Below, one piece after another: positions 30,048 to 42,074 of a stretch of 64,000 nt of DNA. A program made the position numbers and the translations under genes. This stretch comes from an uncultured Chromatiaceae bacterium (lineage in GTDB: Bacteria; Pseudomonadota; Gammaproteobacteria; Tenderiales; Tenderiaceae), in assembly GCA_945787785.1 (NCBI GenBank), contig CALZIO010000004.1, forward strand, positions 31,087 to 95,086. Direction: 5' to 3'. Below the pieces are notes generated by a model. The model was not told where the DNA came from. It worked only from the letters and a program-made list of their open reading frames with translations, and ran no database searches. How positions within the stretch are numbered: position 1 is the first letter of the stretch; every line of letters begins with the position of its first letter.

Positions 30048-30533
30048 GTGATTATCTCCATCATCGCCGCAATGGCCGATAACCGCGTCATCGGCATAGA
30101 CAACAGCTTGCCCTGGAACCTGCCGGCCGATATGAAATGGTTTCGCCAGCAGACCATGAATAAACCTGTGTTGATGGGGCGCAAAACCTTTGACTCCATC
30201 GGTAAACCTCTACCGAAGCGACGCAATATTGTCATCAGCCGTGATATAGCACTTGAAATTGAAGGGTGTGAGGTCGTCGGCACAATTGATGAAGCATTAA
30301 ATCTGTGTGCAGATGAAAACGAGGTGATGATAATTGGTGGCGCATCATTTTATGAGCAGATGCTGCCACGGGCAAATCGTCTCTATCTAACCCTGGTGCA
30401 TGCTGACATCGCTGGGGATGCATGGTTTCCAGAACTGGACTTCGAGCACTGGCGTGAAATACAACGCACTGATCATCGGGCAGATGAATCAAATGCCTTT
30501 GATGTCAGCTTTGTGATTCTAGAGCGGAATTAA
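30048..30533 (+). CDS. folA: dihydrofolate reductase
   Basis: 161 aa, GTG start. Shows IAAMADNRVIG..LPW.LPADMKWF, VLMGRKTFDSIG and IIGGASFYEQ motifs. Confidence 0.95.
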   Translation: MIISIIAAMADNRVIGIDNSLPWNLPADMKWFRQQTMNKPVLMGRKTFDSIGKPLPKRRNIVISRDIALEIEGCEVVGTIDEALNLCADENEVMIIGGASFYEQMLPRANRLYLTLVHADIAGDAWFPELDFEHWREIQRTDHRADESNAFDVSFVILERN

Positions 30534-30540
30534 AAATTAA

Positions 30541-30566
30541 AAAGGGGAGTTGTTAACCTCCCCCTT
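30541..30566 (-). terminator. intrinsic terminator (for yhcB; possibly bidirectional with folA)
   Basis: aaggggag...ctcccctt hairpin. The minus-strand reading is followed by TTTTTAATTTTTAA. Confidence 0.65.
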
Positions 30567-30602
30567 GCTGATTCTGGATCTCTGCTGCAAGCAGCTGATT
30601 GT

Positions 30603-31187
30603 TTAGTGAATAGTTCGATTTTCGCCAGCCTTCTGATCAGCAGACTTAGTTTCTGTAACGGTAGGTACAACTGGCTCTTCTGAACTACCGTTACCCTTTT
30701 TGTCATCGGCGGCTGCAACAACTTCCGATTCGGCGGCCTCTTGTTTAACGTCAGCCTTAGTGGTTGAATCTTGAGTCTCTGATTCCTGACTTGCCGCTTC
30801 TTGTGCGGGCTCTGGTTCTGCTGTTGGGGCCTCGCCAACAGAGCTCTCAAGTTTTTTACCTTCCACTTCCACTTCATTTTTATCAGATGTCAGCCCCTTT
30901 AACTTAGCTACCTGATCGCCGCAAAGTTGGTCCGAGCTGTTAGCCAGGTGTTCATAAACCTCACGATAATCATTGGTGAGCTGGTTAAACAGGTTAGCGG
31001 TAGTTTCGAAATGCTGGGTAACCTGGGTGCGGTACCCTTGCATCTCTTCGTTAGCCTTATTGAGATTCTGTTCCAGTTCTCTTACCTTAGGTGCAGAGGT
31101 GTCACCTTTGCTTCGACCCATAAAAAAGCCGAACACTATCCCTACACCCAGCATACTCGCCAGTATTAACCACATATACGCTTCCAT
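30603..31187 (-). CDS. yhcB: YhcB/ZapG family (DUF1043) inner-membrane protein with extended acidic C-terminal tail
   Basis: 194 aa. One N-terminal TM helix, then a coiled-coil segment with HFETTANLFNQLTNDYREVYEHLA, typical of YhcB. The tail is Glu/Ala/Thr-rich and low-complexity. Confidence 0.7.
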   Translation of the reverse strand: MEAYMWLILASMLGVGIVFGFFMGRSKGDTSAPKVRELEQNLNKANEEMQGYRTQVTQHFETTANLFNQLTNDYREVYEHLANSSDQLCGDQVAKLKGLTSDKNEVEVEGKKLESSVGEAPTAEPEPAQEAASQESETQDSTTKADVKQEAAESEVVAAADDKKGNGSSEEPVVPTVTETKSADQKAGENRTIH

Positions 31188-31383
31188 AATCTCTCCTCAA
31201 GCTAATTTTTGATTCTAATCGATAAGAGTATGTAACTCACCGCAAGTGGTCAAGCTGCTTGTTTTTGTGCCGATGATATAGAGTGCATTATTGGTATTAT
31301 ATTAGAAAAAGTTAATTTACTTATTCTTTTCGTACTGAAACCTTAAGTCAGGTTTTTAATCAAGTAAATCATTTGGATCAGGG

Positions 31384-32955
31384 ATGGGTGCCACAAAAGA
31401 ACAAACGCTGGAACTGTTAAAACAGAAAATTGATGAACACGGTGACTTACCTGTCTTTAGCGCCTCGGTAAATCATATCTGTTCAGTCAGCTCTGATCCC
31501 GATGCTGATGTGATGTCGCTTTCACAAGAAGTATTAAAAGATGCCAATTTAAGTATCAAGCTATTGCGGTTAGCTAATTCCCCTTACTACGCTCGTGGAA
31601 ACAGTAAAATTGGCGTGGTGTCGCGTGCCATCATCGTGTTGGGGTTTGATACGGTAAAAAATCTCAGCTTGACCATGAAATTTATTGAGAGCTTTCAAAA
31701 TGAGCACCCCTCGATAGATATGGACAAGCTCTTGGTACGCGCTTATATCACCGCGGGGTTTGTGCGGGATCTTGCTATGAAGATCGGGGTCAAGGATGCT
31801 GAAGAGACCTATACATGTTCTCTGCTGCATGACTTGGGCGAAATCGCCGTTGCTACCTACTTACCCGATAAATATATCGAGATCACTTCACTTAACAAGC
31901 AAGGCCATTTAGAATCCCTGAAAAATGAACAAATAGTACTGGGTGCTTCAATGATGGTTCTTGGCAAAGAATTAGCCAATAGTTGGGAATTCTCATCCAG
32001 GGTCGTCGCAACCATGGATAATGATCTGGGCACAATCAAAGGTCAAATTACCAAACCTTACGAGCTAAACAAGGCACTCGCCTCGCTTTCTTCTTGCCTT
32101 GTCGGCTCCCTTTATACAGATAATCCTGCTAACAATACCAGCATGCGTGAATTGATGCTTGATCTTTCCAAGGCCACTGGTATACAACTTAACTCGATTG
32201 AATCATCACTGAGTGATTCGTTTAAGATGTCTTGTGATTTGGCCAAGACTTATGGCTTATCTGCCAGGAAGTTAATGCCTGTCGTCGCTGATACAGGTGA
32301 TGAGGGTCGTGATAAATTAGCTAGTCAATTTTCTTTTTATGTCAGTAACGAGCTTCCTGCGGCCAAACCAACCACAGCAAAATCAGAAACTGCCACGACT
32401 GATGTTATAGATTCAACAAATAAATCTGATGTAAAAAATGATGACGTTAATAAAGAGCTTCAGCTTCAGTTCATTCAAGAGATCACTTCATTAATCACAG
32501 ATGCGGCGAAACTGAATACTGTGCTGGTAAAAGTGCTTGAAGGCGTTCATGTTGCTGCCGGCTTCACACGTGTGGTGCTCTGTTTACTCGGCGTTGATCA
32601 TAAAAATTATAGTGGCCGTATCGCAATTGGCACTGATAAAGACATCATGAAGGAGTTTTTCTCTCTTCCGGTTGATGTTACAAAAGATATTTTTTCACGC
32701 GTCCTGACAGAGGGTGTAGATATTTTTGTGGAGGATAGTCACGATGAACGTTGGGGAAATGTGCTACCGGCGAAATATCATGACAAAATTTCAGCAAATG
32801 GTTTTGTCGCTGCCGCGTTAAAATCTGGTGTTAAACCGATCGGTTTCGTTTATGCTGATAAAGGTCCTTCAAAGCATCCGATATCAACGGAGCAAAATCG
32901 TGCCTTTACCCAGTTCATCGCACAAGCACGGCTCGCTTTTCAAACATGTCGTTGA
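31384..32955 (+). CDS. HDOD-domain signalling protein with C-terminal GAF-like domain
   Basis: 523 aa. The N-terminal half has the HDOD pattern (LPVFSASV..I....D.DA....L.EV.LKD..LS.KLLRLANS, LLHDLGEI). The C-terminal roughly 170 aa looks GAF-like. By-eye call. Confidence 0.65.
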   Translation: MGATKEQTLELLKQKIDEHGDLPVFSASVNHICSVSSDPDADVMSLSQEVLKDANLSIKLLRLANSPYYARGNSKIGVVSRAIIVLGFDTVKNLSLTMKFIESFQNEHPSIDMDKLLVRAYITAGFVRDLAMKIGVKDAEETYTCSLLHDLGEIAVATYLPDKYIEITSLNKQGHLESLKNEQIVLGASMMVLGKELANSWEFSSRVVATMDNDLGTIKGQITKPYELNKALASLSSCLVGSLYTDNPANNTSMRELMLDLSKATGIQLNSIESSLSDSFKMSCDLAKTYGLSARKLMPVVADTGDEGRDKLASQFSFYVSNELPAAKPTTAKSETATTDVIDSTNKSDVKNDDVNKELQLQFIQEITSLITDAAKLNTVLVKVLEGVHVAAGFTRVVLCLLGVDHKNYSGRIAIGTDKDIMKEFFSLPVDVTKDIFSRVLTEGVDIFVEDSHDERWGNVLPAKYHDKISANGFVAAALKSGVKPIGFVYADKGPSKHPISTEQNRAFTQFIAQARLAFQTCR

Positions 32956-32992
32956 TCCTTTACATTTTGTTTATTGGAGTTAATATAAATCC

Positions 32993-33727
32993 GTGTCCAG
33001 TTATAAAATAATCAAACCCGATCCTGAAGCAGCTTGTTTGGAAGCCGCAAAAAACTTTTTACGTTTGGCACATCAATGTGTAGAACAAAAAGGCGAATTC
33101 AGCGTCGCTTTAGCAGGTGGCTCTACACCAAAGAAGTTTTATCAAATTCTTTCACAAGCACCTTATTCAACATCCATTCCTTGGGGAAAGATGCGTGTTT
33201 TCTTTGGTGATGAACGTGCCGTAGCGCCAGATCACCCTGATAGTAATTACGGAATGGCAAATCAGAATCTGTTTAAAAAGATTAGTATTGATCCCCTGCA
33301 TGTTCATCGAATCAGCGCAGAGTTACCCCCTGAACAGGCAGCTGAGGCATATCATACAATTCTAAAGACCTTTCTGCCTTCCAATGATGCAGGCATACCT
33401 GTTATCGATCTTGTAATACTTGGGCTGGGAGATGATGGCCATGTCGCTTCTCTATTTCCCGGCACCGAGATTTTAGACGTTGAAGATAAAACCGCTGCCC
33501 CTGTATGGGTTGAAAAGAAAAACAGCTGGCGCATTAGCTTAACTTTTCCAATTATTAATAGTGCAGAAAATGTTTGGATGATGGTTACTGGTGAAGGTAA
33601 AAACGATATCGTTGATCGAATTTTCAACTACCCTTCCGTTAGCGATCCGTTACCTGTGGAGCGGGTTAACCCACAGAGTGAAGTTATATGGTATCTCGAT
33701 GAGGCCGCTGCTAACTGGGTAAGATAA
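32993..33727 (+). CDS. pgl: 6-phosphogluconolactonase
   Basis: 244 aa, GTG start. Shows ALAGGSTPK, FFGDERAV, and LGLGDDGHVASLFPG motifs. Confidence 0.85.
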   Translation: MSSYKIIKPDPEAACLEAAKNFLRLAHQCVEQKGEFSVALAGGSTPKKFYQILSQAPYSTSIPWGKMRVFFGDERAVAPDHPDSNYGMANQNLFKKISIDPLHVHRISAELPPEQAAEAYHTILKTFLPSNDAGIPVIDLVILGLGDDGHVASLFPGTEILDVEDKTAAPVWVEKKNSWRISLTFPIINSAENVWMMVTGEGKNDIVDRIFNYPSVSDPLPVERVNPQSEVIWYLDEAAANWVR

Positions 33728-34731
33728 TGAAGCTACTTTGTGGTGATATTGGTGGCACAAAAACCCTGTTACAACTTGTCGATGTACATGAAAATCACAT
33801 CGAAGTCCTCGTAGAAAAACGCTATTCCAGTAGTCATTATAATTCGTTTGATTTAATCCTCGAAGAGTTCCTTTCAAAACCAATACAAACCAATACCATT
33901 TCAGCCGCCTGTTTTGGTGTCGCTGGTCCAGTCATTCGCTCTGATACATCGCAATCTGCCACGATAACCAATTTACCCTGGCAAATGGACTCCTCAAAAA
34001 TAGCTCATCGCTTCAAGCTTGAACATGTCGCCTTGATTAATGATTTCGAAGCTATTGGTTATGGAATCACTGCACTGACGACTGAAGACTTTGTTAACCT
34101 GCAACAAGGCGAATCGGTTAGGCATGGTAATCAGCTCGTGATTGGAGCCGGTACAGGTCTGGGTGTGGCACAACGAATCTGGACAGGTGGAGAGTATTTA
34201 GTCATTCCCACAGAAGGAGGACATACGGAATTTGCCCCTGCAGATCCACAGCAACTTAAATTGGCCGAGTATCTGATGCAACACAAAGGCCGCAGTTCGA
34301 TTGAGTTTGTGTTGTCTGGCCCTGGTCTGGTAAATCTTTATTCCTTTTTGCATGAACAGGATCAACCATCGGATTCAGCTGAATATCAGAGCATCATGCA
34401 ATCGCCAGACCCCGCTGCTGCGATTGCCCAGGCAGCCAACGCGAGCCAAACCTCTCTCGCCTCTCAAGCCATGACCATTTTTGCGCAGGCCTATGGTGGG
34501 CAAGCTGGCAATTTCGCTTTATCCAGCTTGGCCGTCGGAGGTGTCTTTATTGCTGGCGGCATTGCCGCCAAGAATTTGCATCACTTACAGGCTGGACTCT
34601 TCATCGATGCCTTTAATGCTAAAGGAAAGATGTCACATATAATGCAACGAATACCCGTAAATGTGATTGTAAATCAATCGGTTGGACTGATAGGTAGCCG
34701 TGTATATGGTGAAAAAATAGCTAGGCTATAA
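33727..34731 (+). CDS. glk: glucokinase
   Basis: 334 aa. LCGDIGGTKT N-terminus, NDFEAIGYG, TEGGH and GGVFIAGGI motifs. Its start overlaps the pgl stop. Confidence 0.9.
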   Translation: MKLLCGDIGGTKTLLQLVDVHENHIEVLVEKRYSSSHYNSFDLILEEFLSKPIQTNTISAACFGVAGPVIRSDTSQSATITNLPWQMDSSKIAHRFKLEHVALINDFEAIGYGITALTTEDFVNLQQGESVRHGNQLVIGAGTGLGVAQRIWTGGEYLVIPTEGGHTEFAPADPQQLKLAEYLMQHKGRSSIEFVLSGPGLVNLYSFLHEQDQPSDSAEYQSIMQSPDPAAAIAQAANASQTSLASQAMTIFAQAYGGQAGNFALSSLAVGGVFIAGGIAAKNLHHLQAGLFIDAFNAKGKMSHIMQRIPVNVIVNQSVGLIGSRVYGEKIARL

Positions 34732-34753
34732 TTATACAGTCTACTATAATATT

Positions 34754-37186
<2,433 letters not shown>

Positions 37187-37263
37187 CTAAAGTCTCTGAT
37201 TTATTTGAAAAATGGCGCATTACGGAATCATTCCAGCGTAACGGATTGATTATACCCCTTTGC

Positions 37264-38352
37264 TCAATTTCCGTCTTCTTTCTCTACAGTAAAACCACCT
37301 TGTTTCACGTGAAACAATTTCTTTTCAGAATAACGAGAAATATCCACTAATGACTGGCTAGTTGCTGTCACAAACAGTTGGCCTCCCTGGGAGTAAAGCA
37401 GGTCCATTAACAACTGACGATGTATAGAGTCCAACTCCGCCGGTAGATCATCCACCAGAATTAAGCAATTCTCCTGTTTACACTGATTAAACACTGCTGC
37501 TTGCGCGAGCAACAATGCACAGGCGGCTAGTTTTTGTTGGCCGCCAGATAACACCTCAGCTGCCGAACGCCCATCTACCCGCATTATCAAATCAGCTCGA
37601 TGGGGCCCTCTTTGGGTAAACCCCGCCTTGATATCACTATCAATATTTTCAATAAAAGCGATTTGATACTCTTCAGCACTGGGCCAACCTGCCCGATAGC
37701 GAAATTCTATTTGCTCAATATCAAGCAACTGGGACAGGTAGTCTTGAGCCTGCCGAACCAGTGCCATGACATAGTCGCGCCGAAATTGATCCAGTTTGAT
37801 TGCAGCATCGATCAGTTGAGCATCCCAGGATTGAAGTATTGTGCTGTTTTTTTGCCTTAAGAGGGCGTTGCGTTGTTGCAATATACGGTTATAACGCTGC
37901 CAAACCGCTAAAAACTCTTGTTTCACGTGAAACAATCCCCAGTCAATGAAGCGACGGCGTTGCCTGGGGCTCCCTTTGATTAATTTGTCACCATCGGGAG
38001 AAATCAGCAATAAAGGCAGAAGTGAAGCAAGCATTGAGCTTTTTTGCTCATATTTTCCATCAATCTTGGCACGAAACCGCCCTTCTTTGATCTGTATACC
38101 TAAAGAATGAGTTTGCTCACCCTGATAATCTGTTTTGCCAAATACAGTTAATTCAACTTGGTCGTGTCGAACAATTTTGCGGCTATACGCTGAACGGAAT
38201 GACTTCCCCCTACCCAACAAATATATGGATTCAAGAAGACTAGTTTTACCACTGCCGTTTGAACCAATAATCAGATTTAATCGAGTGCTTGGCTCAACTG
38301 TGGCAATTTGAATATTTCTAAGATTGTGAATAGACAACAAACTCAGTGCCAT
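37264..38352 (-). CDS. recF: DNA replication and repair protein RecF
   Basis: 362 aa. Walker A GSNGSGKTSLLE, signature LSGGQQK, Walker B LILVDD. Confidence 0.95.
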   Translation of the reverse strand: MALSLLSIHNLRNIQIATVEPSTRLNLIIGSNGSGKTSLLESIYLLGRGKSFRSAYSRKIVRHDQVELTVFGKTDYQGEQTHSLGIQIKEGRFRAKIDGKYEQKSSMLASLLPLLLISPDGDKLIKGSPRQRRRFIDWGLFHVKQEFLAVWQRYNRILQQRNALLRQKNSTILQSWDAQLIDAAIKLDQFRRDYVMALVRQAQDYLSQLLDIEQIEFRYRAGWPSAEEYQIAFIENIDSDIKAGFTQRGPHRADLIMRVDGRSAAEVLSGGQQKLAACALLLAQAAVFNQCKQENCLILVDDLPAELDSIHRQLLMDLLYSQGGQLFVTATSQSLVDISRYSEKKLFHVKQGGFTVEKEDGN

Positions 38353-38408
38353 TGCGCAGAGTCCGTTTTAATTCTAAATATTGACGGGAAACGCTCTCTG
38401 ACCAGAGA

Positions 38409-39515
38409 CTATAACCTCATTGGCATCACAACGTAACGCGAATTTTCGGAAGCGGGCGAACGGATCAGACAACAACTATTTTGATCTGTCAGTTCCAACT
38501 GAACTTGTTCATTATCAATAACATTTAATGCTTCAAGCACATAACTGGCATTAAAACCAATTTCCAGACTAGGTCCATCATAATCGACACTGATTTCTTC
38601 TTCGGCTTCCTCTTGTTCTGGGTTATTGGCCATCACCTGCAGGCTGCTGGAAGATAAAGTAAAACGGACACTGCGATATTTTTCATTGGACAGGATCGAA
38701 GCACGACTTAACGCCTGATGGATCAGATTTCGGTCAGCGATGACAATTTTATCCCCCCCTTGTGGTACAACCCGCTGATAATCAGGAAAACGGCCATCAA
38801 TCAGTTTGGTAATAAAACTCAAATCCCCTGTCGTCAGGCGAATATGATTGCTACCCAGCTGAACTTTCACCATCTCATCGCTATTTTCCAGCAATCTGGC
38901 AAGTTCCATTACCGCCTTACGCGGCACAATGACCTGTTGTAACTCACTAACCCCCGTATTTATCTCGACATCGCTGAGTGCCAAACGGTGACCATCCGTA
39001 GCGACAACACGAATCAGGTTGTCTGAAAACTCAAACAAAAGACCATTCAGATAATAACGTACATCCTGCTGTGCCATAGCAAAGTGAGTATTATCAATAA
39101 GTTGTTTGAGTTGTTGTTGTTGAATTTTAAACTCGACTAATGGCTCAAATGAATCGATATTGGGAAACTCAGTGGCTGGCAAAGTGGCTAAGACAAAACG
39201 GCTTTTACCAGAGCGTATGGTTGCCCGCTCAGCATCGACCTTGATACTTAGATTGGCATCATTGGGTAAAGCCTTACAAATATCGATGAATTTTCTCGCG
39301 GGAAGTGTCGTTTCGCCGATATCACTATTTTGTAATGCGATGTGACTGACCATTTCGATTTCAAGATCAGTGGCTGTAATAGACAGCTCATTGTCTGATG
39401 TTTTGAGTAGAACGTTACCCAATATGGGAAGTGTCTGTCTGCGTTCTACTACCCCTATGACTTGTTGTAAGGGTTTTAACAACAGTTCACGTTCAATCTT
39501 GAGTTCCATGATCAT
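38409..39515 (-). CDS. dnaN: DNA polymerase III beta sliding clamp
   Basis: 368 aa. Shows LLKPLQQV.GVVERRQTLPIL.NVLL, ATDGHRLA and a MPMRL C-terminus. The start may be Met 39509. Confidence 0.97.
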   Translation of the reverse strand: MIMELKIERELLLKPLQQVIGVVERRQTLPILGNVLLKTSDNELSITATDLEIEMVSHIALQNSDIGETTLPARKFIDICKALPNDANLSIKVDAERATIRSGKSRFVLATLPATEFPNIDSFEPLVEFKIQQQQLKQLIDNTHFAMAQQDVRYYLNGLLFEFSDNLIRVVATDGHRLALSDVEINTGVSELQQVIVPRKAVMELARLLENSDEMVKVQLGSNHIRLTTGDLSFITKLIDGRFPDYQRVVPQGGDKIVIADRNLIHQALSRASILSNEKYRSVRFTLSSSSLQVMANNPEQEEAEEEISVDYDGPSLEIGFNASYVLEALNVIDNEQVQLELTDQNSCCLIRSPASENSRYVVMPMRL

Positions 39516-39732
39516 CCCTAATAATAAATAATATTAATTTAAGATCTTTTATTGTTGTTATTATTAACGCAACTAAAAATTCTTAATAACTACAATTTAT
39601 TTTTTAAAAACATATAGTTAAACAAGCATTTAGACTAACTAACCTGGAGATAACAAGTCAGCTCCCCGTTAGTATCTTGTGGATAAAATGCTTGGTTATC
39701 CACAGGCTATTTTTATCCACAGATTAATAACA
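39516..39732. promoter_or_regulatory. DnaA-box cluster plus AT-rich tract in the dnaA-dnaN spacer (candidate oriC/DUE or dnaN regulatory region)
   Basis: Three perfect 9-mers are present: TGTGGATAA at 39678-39686, and TTATCCACA at 39696-39704 and 39713-39721. 39516-39660 is almost entirely A/T. Confidence 0.5.
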
Positions 39733-41109
39733 TCATGTAGTGAGTATTCTCAACAGGTTTTGATAATCTTCATTTACACGTACGTCGGAATCACGTAATT
39801 CACGAATTTTCTTACATCCATGCAATACAGTCGTATGATCTCTACCACCAAACACGTCACCAATCTCAGGCAAACTATGATTGGTTAATTCTTTTGCCAG
39901 TGCCATGGCCAATTGTCTGGGACGGGCCACGGAGCGAGAACGTTTTTTTGATAATAAGTCGGCTACCCGGATTTTAAAATACTCAGCCACCGTTTTTTGA
40001 ATATTTTCGATGGTAACCAGCTTATCCTGAGCGGCGAGTAGATCGCGCAAGGCGTCTTTGGCAAAATCTAGTGTAATTGGCCTAGCCATGAATCTGGAAT
40101 TGGCGATAACCCGTCGCAATGCCCCCTCCAGTTCACGCACATTAGAGCGGATACGTTTGGCCATGAAAAATGCGACCTCGTGGGGCAACTCAACATTCAT
40201 TTGTTGTGCCTTGCTCATCAGGATAGCCACCCGGGTTTCCAGTTCCGGTGGTTCGATTGCAACGGTCAGACCCCATCCAAAGCGAGATTTGAGCCGTTCC
40301 TCCAAACCATCAATCTCTTTTGGGTAACGGTCACAGCTGATGATAATTTGGCGTTGTCCCTCGATTAAGGTATTGAAAGTATGGAAGAGCTCTTCCTGTG
40401 AGCGTTCCTTGCCGGCAAAAAACTGGATGTCATCAATAAGCAAGGCATCGACGGAGCGGTAATAACGTTTGAAATCATCAATGGCATTATGTTGTAAGGC
40501 CTTGACCATGTCGGCTACGAAACGCTCAGAATGAACATAAATGACGCGGGATTCCTGTTTCTTTTCCAGCATCAAATTGCCCACAGCATGCATCAAGTGG
40601 GTCTTACCCAGTCCAACACCCCCATAAATGAACAACGGGTTATAGGCCACGCCGGGGTTTTCACCTATCTGGACAGAAGCTGCCTTGGCAATTTGGTTGG
40701 ATTTGCCTTCAACAAAGGAGCTGAAGGTAAATTCATCGCGTATGTTGCTGACATAATGAATTTGACTTTGATCTTCACGGCGGCGGAAATTGGCACGGCG
40801 TTTATCTTCTTGTTTAGCCGTGTTATTCGCCACTTTAGCAACGCGTACCGCCGGTTCTTGTGTTTTTCTTTCCCGGCTGCCAATCTCAAGCACTACCTGA
40901 TGTTGGTCGCCGGTGCCGATTTGCGTCACGATGTTGCGAATATTATCGATAAAGCGCTCATTTACCCAGTCGAGTACAAATCGATTGGGCGCCAGTAAAC
41001 GCAAAGATTCATCCTCTTCAACAGCTTGCAAGGGACGAATCCAGGTGTTGAACTGTTGCGCATTGAGTTGGTTTTCCAACTGCTCTAGACATTGCTGCCA
41101 AAGTGACAT
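39733..41109 (-). CDS. dnaA: chromosomal replication initiator protein DnaA
   Basis: 458 aa. Walker [16 protein letters not shown], a sensor/AAA+ region, and the C-terminal DNA-binding motif [10 protein letters not shown]. Confidence 0.98.
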   Translation of the reverse strand: MSLWQQCLEQLENQLNAQQFNTWIRPLQAVEEDESLRLLAPNRFVLDWVNERFIDNIRNIVTQIGTGDQHQVVLEIGSRERKTQEPAVRVAKVANNTAKQEDKRRANFRRREDQSQIHYVSNIRDEFTFSSFVEGKSNQIAKAASVQIGENPGVAYNPLFIYGGVGLGKTHLMHAVGNLMLEKKQESRVIYVHSERFVADMVKALQHNAIDDFKRYYRSVDALLIDDIQFFAGKERSQEELFHTFNTLIEGQRQIIISCDRYPKEIDGLEERLKSRFGWGLTVAIEPPELETRVAILMSKAQQMNVELPHEVAFFMAKRIRSNVRELEGALRRVIANSRFMARPITLDFAKDALRDLLAAQDKLVTIENIQKTVAEYFKIRVADLLSKKRSRSVARPRQLAMALAKELTNHSLPEIGDVFGGRDHTTVLHGCKKIRELRDSDVRVNEDYQNLLRILTT

Positions 41110-41186
41110 CGTAGCCAGTAACCTCGTAGTAGCGCGTTCATTACACTGATTTGGGGGACTGGCAAGTCTACCCCCCTTTTACGAAG

Positions 41187-41195
41187 TTATCCACA
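41187..41195. promoter_or_regulatory. single consensus DnaA box upstream of dnaA
   Basis: TTATCCACA lies in the rpmH-dnaA intergenic region, consistent with dnaA autoregulation. Confidence 0.5.
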
Positions 41196-41332
41196 CCCAT
41201 AATTGATCTATTTTTTACACTCTGGATTGACAAAAAGGGGCATTCCGGCTATCTTTGCGCGCTGTCCGCAGATAGGGGCGACGGCTCCCGCGGAACCGAA
41301 CTAATGTGATCACAACTAGATGGATGTAGGCA

Positions 41333-41467
41333 ATGAAAAGAACATTTCAACCTAGCGTACTTAAACGCAAACGTACTCATGGATTCCGTAGCCGCATGGC
41401 GACAGCCAATGGCCGTAAGATTATTAAAAATCGTCGTGCCAAAGGCCGTAAGCGCCTGGCAGTCTAA
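41333..41467 (+). CDS. rpmH: 50S ribosomal protein L34
   Basis: Not in the ORF track because it is under 60 aa. Manual translation gives [44 protein letters not shown], with stop TAA at 41465-41467. Confidence 0.95.
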   Translation: MKRTFQPSVLKRKRTHGFRSRMATANGRKIIKNRRAKGRKRLAV

Positions 41468-41488
41468 TTCAAAGACTTCCCGGTCATC

Positions 41489-41851
41489 TTGGATGCCCGC
41501 CATCAGGGGTTTTCTGAAAACCTCAGAATAAAAACCGCGGGCGACTTTGACTATGTCTTTGAGAAGCCATGTCGCTCAGCAAATCGTTGCTTCACGGCCT
41601 TAGCCCGACCTAATCAACGTCCCCATCCACGCTTGGGACTGGTAATATCCAAACGTTGCGCCAAATCAGCTGTTCAGCGGAATCGTCTTAAGCGCTTAAT
41701 TAGAGAGAGTTTCCGTCACGTACAAGGTAATTTAGCGGGGCTCGATATTGTCGTGATTGGTAAACAGGCTGCGGTCGCAAAAACAAACCAAGAATTATTC
41801 ACACTACTTCACAGGCAATGGATGGAGCTGGAACGATGCAAAGACTCTTAA
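41489..41851 (+). CDS. rnpA: ribonuclease P protein component
   Basis: 120 aa, TTG start. Basic protein with RLGLVISKR.AKSAVQRNRLKRLIRE, lying immediately downstream of rpmH. Confidence 0.9.
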   Translation: MDARHQGFSENLRIKTAGDFDYVFEKPCRSANRCFTALARPNQRPHPRLGLVISKRCAKSAVQRNRLKRLIRESFRHVQGNLAGLDIVVIGKQAAVAKTNQELFTLLHRQWMELERCKDS

Positions 41852-42072
41852 TCCTATTTGTACGCGCTTACCGGTTGTTATTGTCACCTTTTTTAGGGCA
41901 CCATTGCCGTTTTTATCCAAGCTGCTCCTGCTATGCCGAAACTTCAATACAGCGATACGGCGTAATTAAAGGAAGCTGGTTGGCGATTAAACGAATCGCG
42001 CGCTGTCATCCCTGGCATTCAGGCGGTGTAGATCCAGTGCCGGAACAACTTGAAAATAAGCATGCACAATAA
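41836..42072 (+). CDS. yidD: membrane protein insertion efficiency factor YidD
   Basis: MQRLLILFVRAYRLLLSPFLG..CRFYPSCSCYA...RCHPWHSGGVDPVP. The ORF-track start at 41818 is probably an extension. Overlaps the rnpA 3' end. Confidence 0.9.
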   Translation: MQRLLILFVRAYRLLLSPFLGHHCRFYPSCSCYAETSIQRYGVIKGSWLAIKRIARCHPWHSGGVDPVPEQLENKHAQ

Positions 42073-42074
42073 TC

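Noticed and set aside
37300-37935. An 18-bp perfect palindrome TTGTTTCACGTGAAACAA occurs twice inside recF (37300-37317 and 37918-37935), with 20 nt identical including flanks
   Set aside because: On the coding strand both copies encode LFHVKQ, which falls in two conserved RecF segments (DWGLFHVKQ and KKLFHVKQGG). The repeat is explained by identical peptide and codon choice. The palindromy follows from that codon string. No evidence points to a binding site.
40531-40998. 155-aa ORF antisense to dnaA
   Set aside because: It is embedded in the highly conserved dnaA coding region and has no independent support.
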